The translations under genes and the position numbers were made by a program. A stretch of DNA of 64,000 nucleotides, taken from Nitrospirales bacterium. Its GTDB lineage: Bacteria; Nitrospirota; Nitrospiria; Nitrospirales; UBA8639. The DNA is taken from positions 224,001 to 288,000 of the forward strand of contig CBDBCZ010000009.1 of assembly GCA_965203295.1 (NCBI GenBank), given 5' to 3'. The first letter of the stretch is position 1; each line of letters starts with the position of its first letter. Below are positions 62,814-64,000 of the stretch, piece after piece. The notes under the pieces were generated by a model that was given only the letters and a program-made list of their open reading frames with translations, was not told the origin of the DNA and did not search any database.

Positions 62814-63990
62814 TTATATTGTCCACTTGTTGCTCAGTATCTCCATCTGAATCTGAGTCACTATCACAGTCTTCAGCCTCATCCACTTCAATGTCTTGAC
62901 TAGGATTTGCTGGTAGATTACATCACCTGAGGCACTTGCATCCTGGCCCACAGAGATTGCCACCCTTCTTGCACTTACAATGGGCCGAAAGGCAACCAGT
63001 CTTACAACCACAACAACTACAACCCTTCTTGATGAGAGCAACAGTTGTCCTCACTTGAAACATGTTACGGTCGCTCAACAATAAGTGTGGTGGGATCTGG
63101 CTGCTTCCATTCATTGCCACGTAAGGATGGGTAATGGATGTCATTGTGTGTTGCCTATCTCCACACCGACACTACCCAGCACTATCTCATCCAGTTCCTC
63201 TGTAGAACATCATTGGATGGTATTATCTCTTCTTCATATTTAATCCTACTCCAAATTCTTTCCCTTAAGAAGTCCTGCCTAGCAGTGTGATGTGTGAAAG
63301 AACTCTGACTATCTTTCGCCAGTGCATTAAAGCGAGTCAGTGGTGTCGGGTATGATAATAGGAATGCTGTTTTGTGTTTTCTAAAGAAGGCCGGCACCCA
63401 ACTAGTTTAAGTAAGGCTTGAGAGTCAGGGTCTATGTCTGCCAGTGTGCCTGTAGCGCGATCAGTATTGAGCAAATGAACCCACAGCACTCGAAGAGAGC
63501 GCTTAGAAATGAAGCTTTTTCAAAGCCAGTAAAGAACAATATAAAGTCTCAATCAGTGTATGCATATAGAACTTGTACTGCAATGGAGATAGTAATGGAG
63601 GAATAGAAGCCTTATCTGGTCCATTAGCAAGTGCACTTATGAAGGCTTGCGTATGTAATTCCTGTGAAAAGAACGGACTTAGCTGCACAAGGGCATTAAA
63701 AAGCGTCCCAGCAACAGTAAGTGAGCCGACATTGTAAACATCAGTGTACATACAACCTTGTTTTGGCCGGCAGAATTCCCAACATGTAGCCAGACTCTTG
63801 ATCACCCTCCAGCTGTAACAATCTTCTGCTGTGGTTGCAGTTTCAACTGATTAACTTTTCTCTAGAGAGTAGTGGGAAAGAAGGAGCAAAGATTTCTCTT
63901 ACACTTTCTGCAGTTAAGAAAGGGAATTTAATAATATCTTTTCGTTCAATTGACTCCCTCCACGGGCCACTCTTTCCACCCTGCCGTTGT
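62814..63990 (-). pseudogene. Academ-type transposase C-terminal part (XPG/PIN-like region + Cys-rich finger)
   Basis: YTDVYNVG; AFFRKHKTAF; RERIWSRIKYEEEIIPSNDVLQRNW; CGCKTGCLSAHCKCKKGGNLCGPGCKC; many frameshifts. Confidence 0.65.
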
Positions 63991-64000
63991 TTGCATACCT

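Overview
Eukaryotic (animal) genomic DNA, probably a non-bilaterian such as a sponge; the taxon is inferred from TE families, short GT-AG introns and an NLR-type LRR exon. One conserved host gene is visible, although the ORF track shows only fragments of it: six phase-compatible + strand exons of POLR1B (RPA2, second-largest subunit of RNA polymerase I) between 10509 and 25279, separated by TE-filled introns. Most of the rest is nested mobile DNA: CRE-like and Penelope retroelement remnants (the latter with a hammerhead ribozyme), a DIRS/Ngaro recombinase fragment, a SWIM+YqaJ gene split by a pogo element carrying a HIRAN-like passenger gene, a deleted Crypton, a piggyBac containing a Tc1 with a BEN-like passenger, an AcademH (DUF6589 transposase + RecQ-like helicase) containing an intact hAT and a captured LRR exon, Helentron/HINE-like elements, MITEs and an Academ (XPG/Cys-rich) tail. 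From about 45.3 to 61.9 kb lies a ~16-kb higher-order repeat array built from pieces of a degenerate gene whose ATPase part resembles the DUF927/Cch-type replicative helicases of prokaryotic mobile elements; this is the best candidate for an undescribed element. All family assignments come from motif recognition by eye, with no database search.
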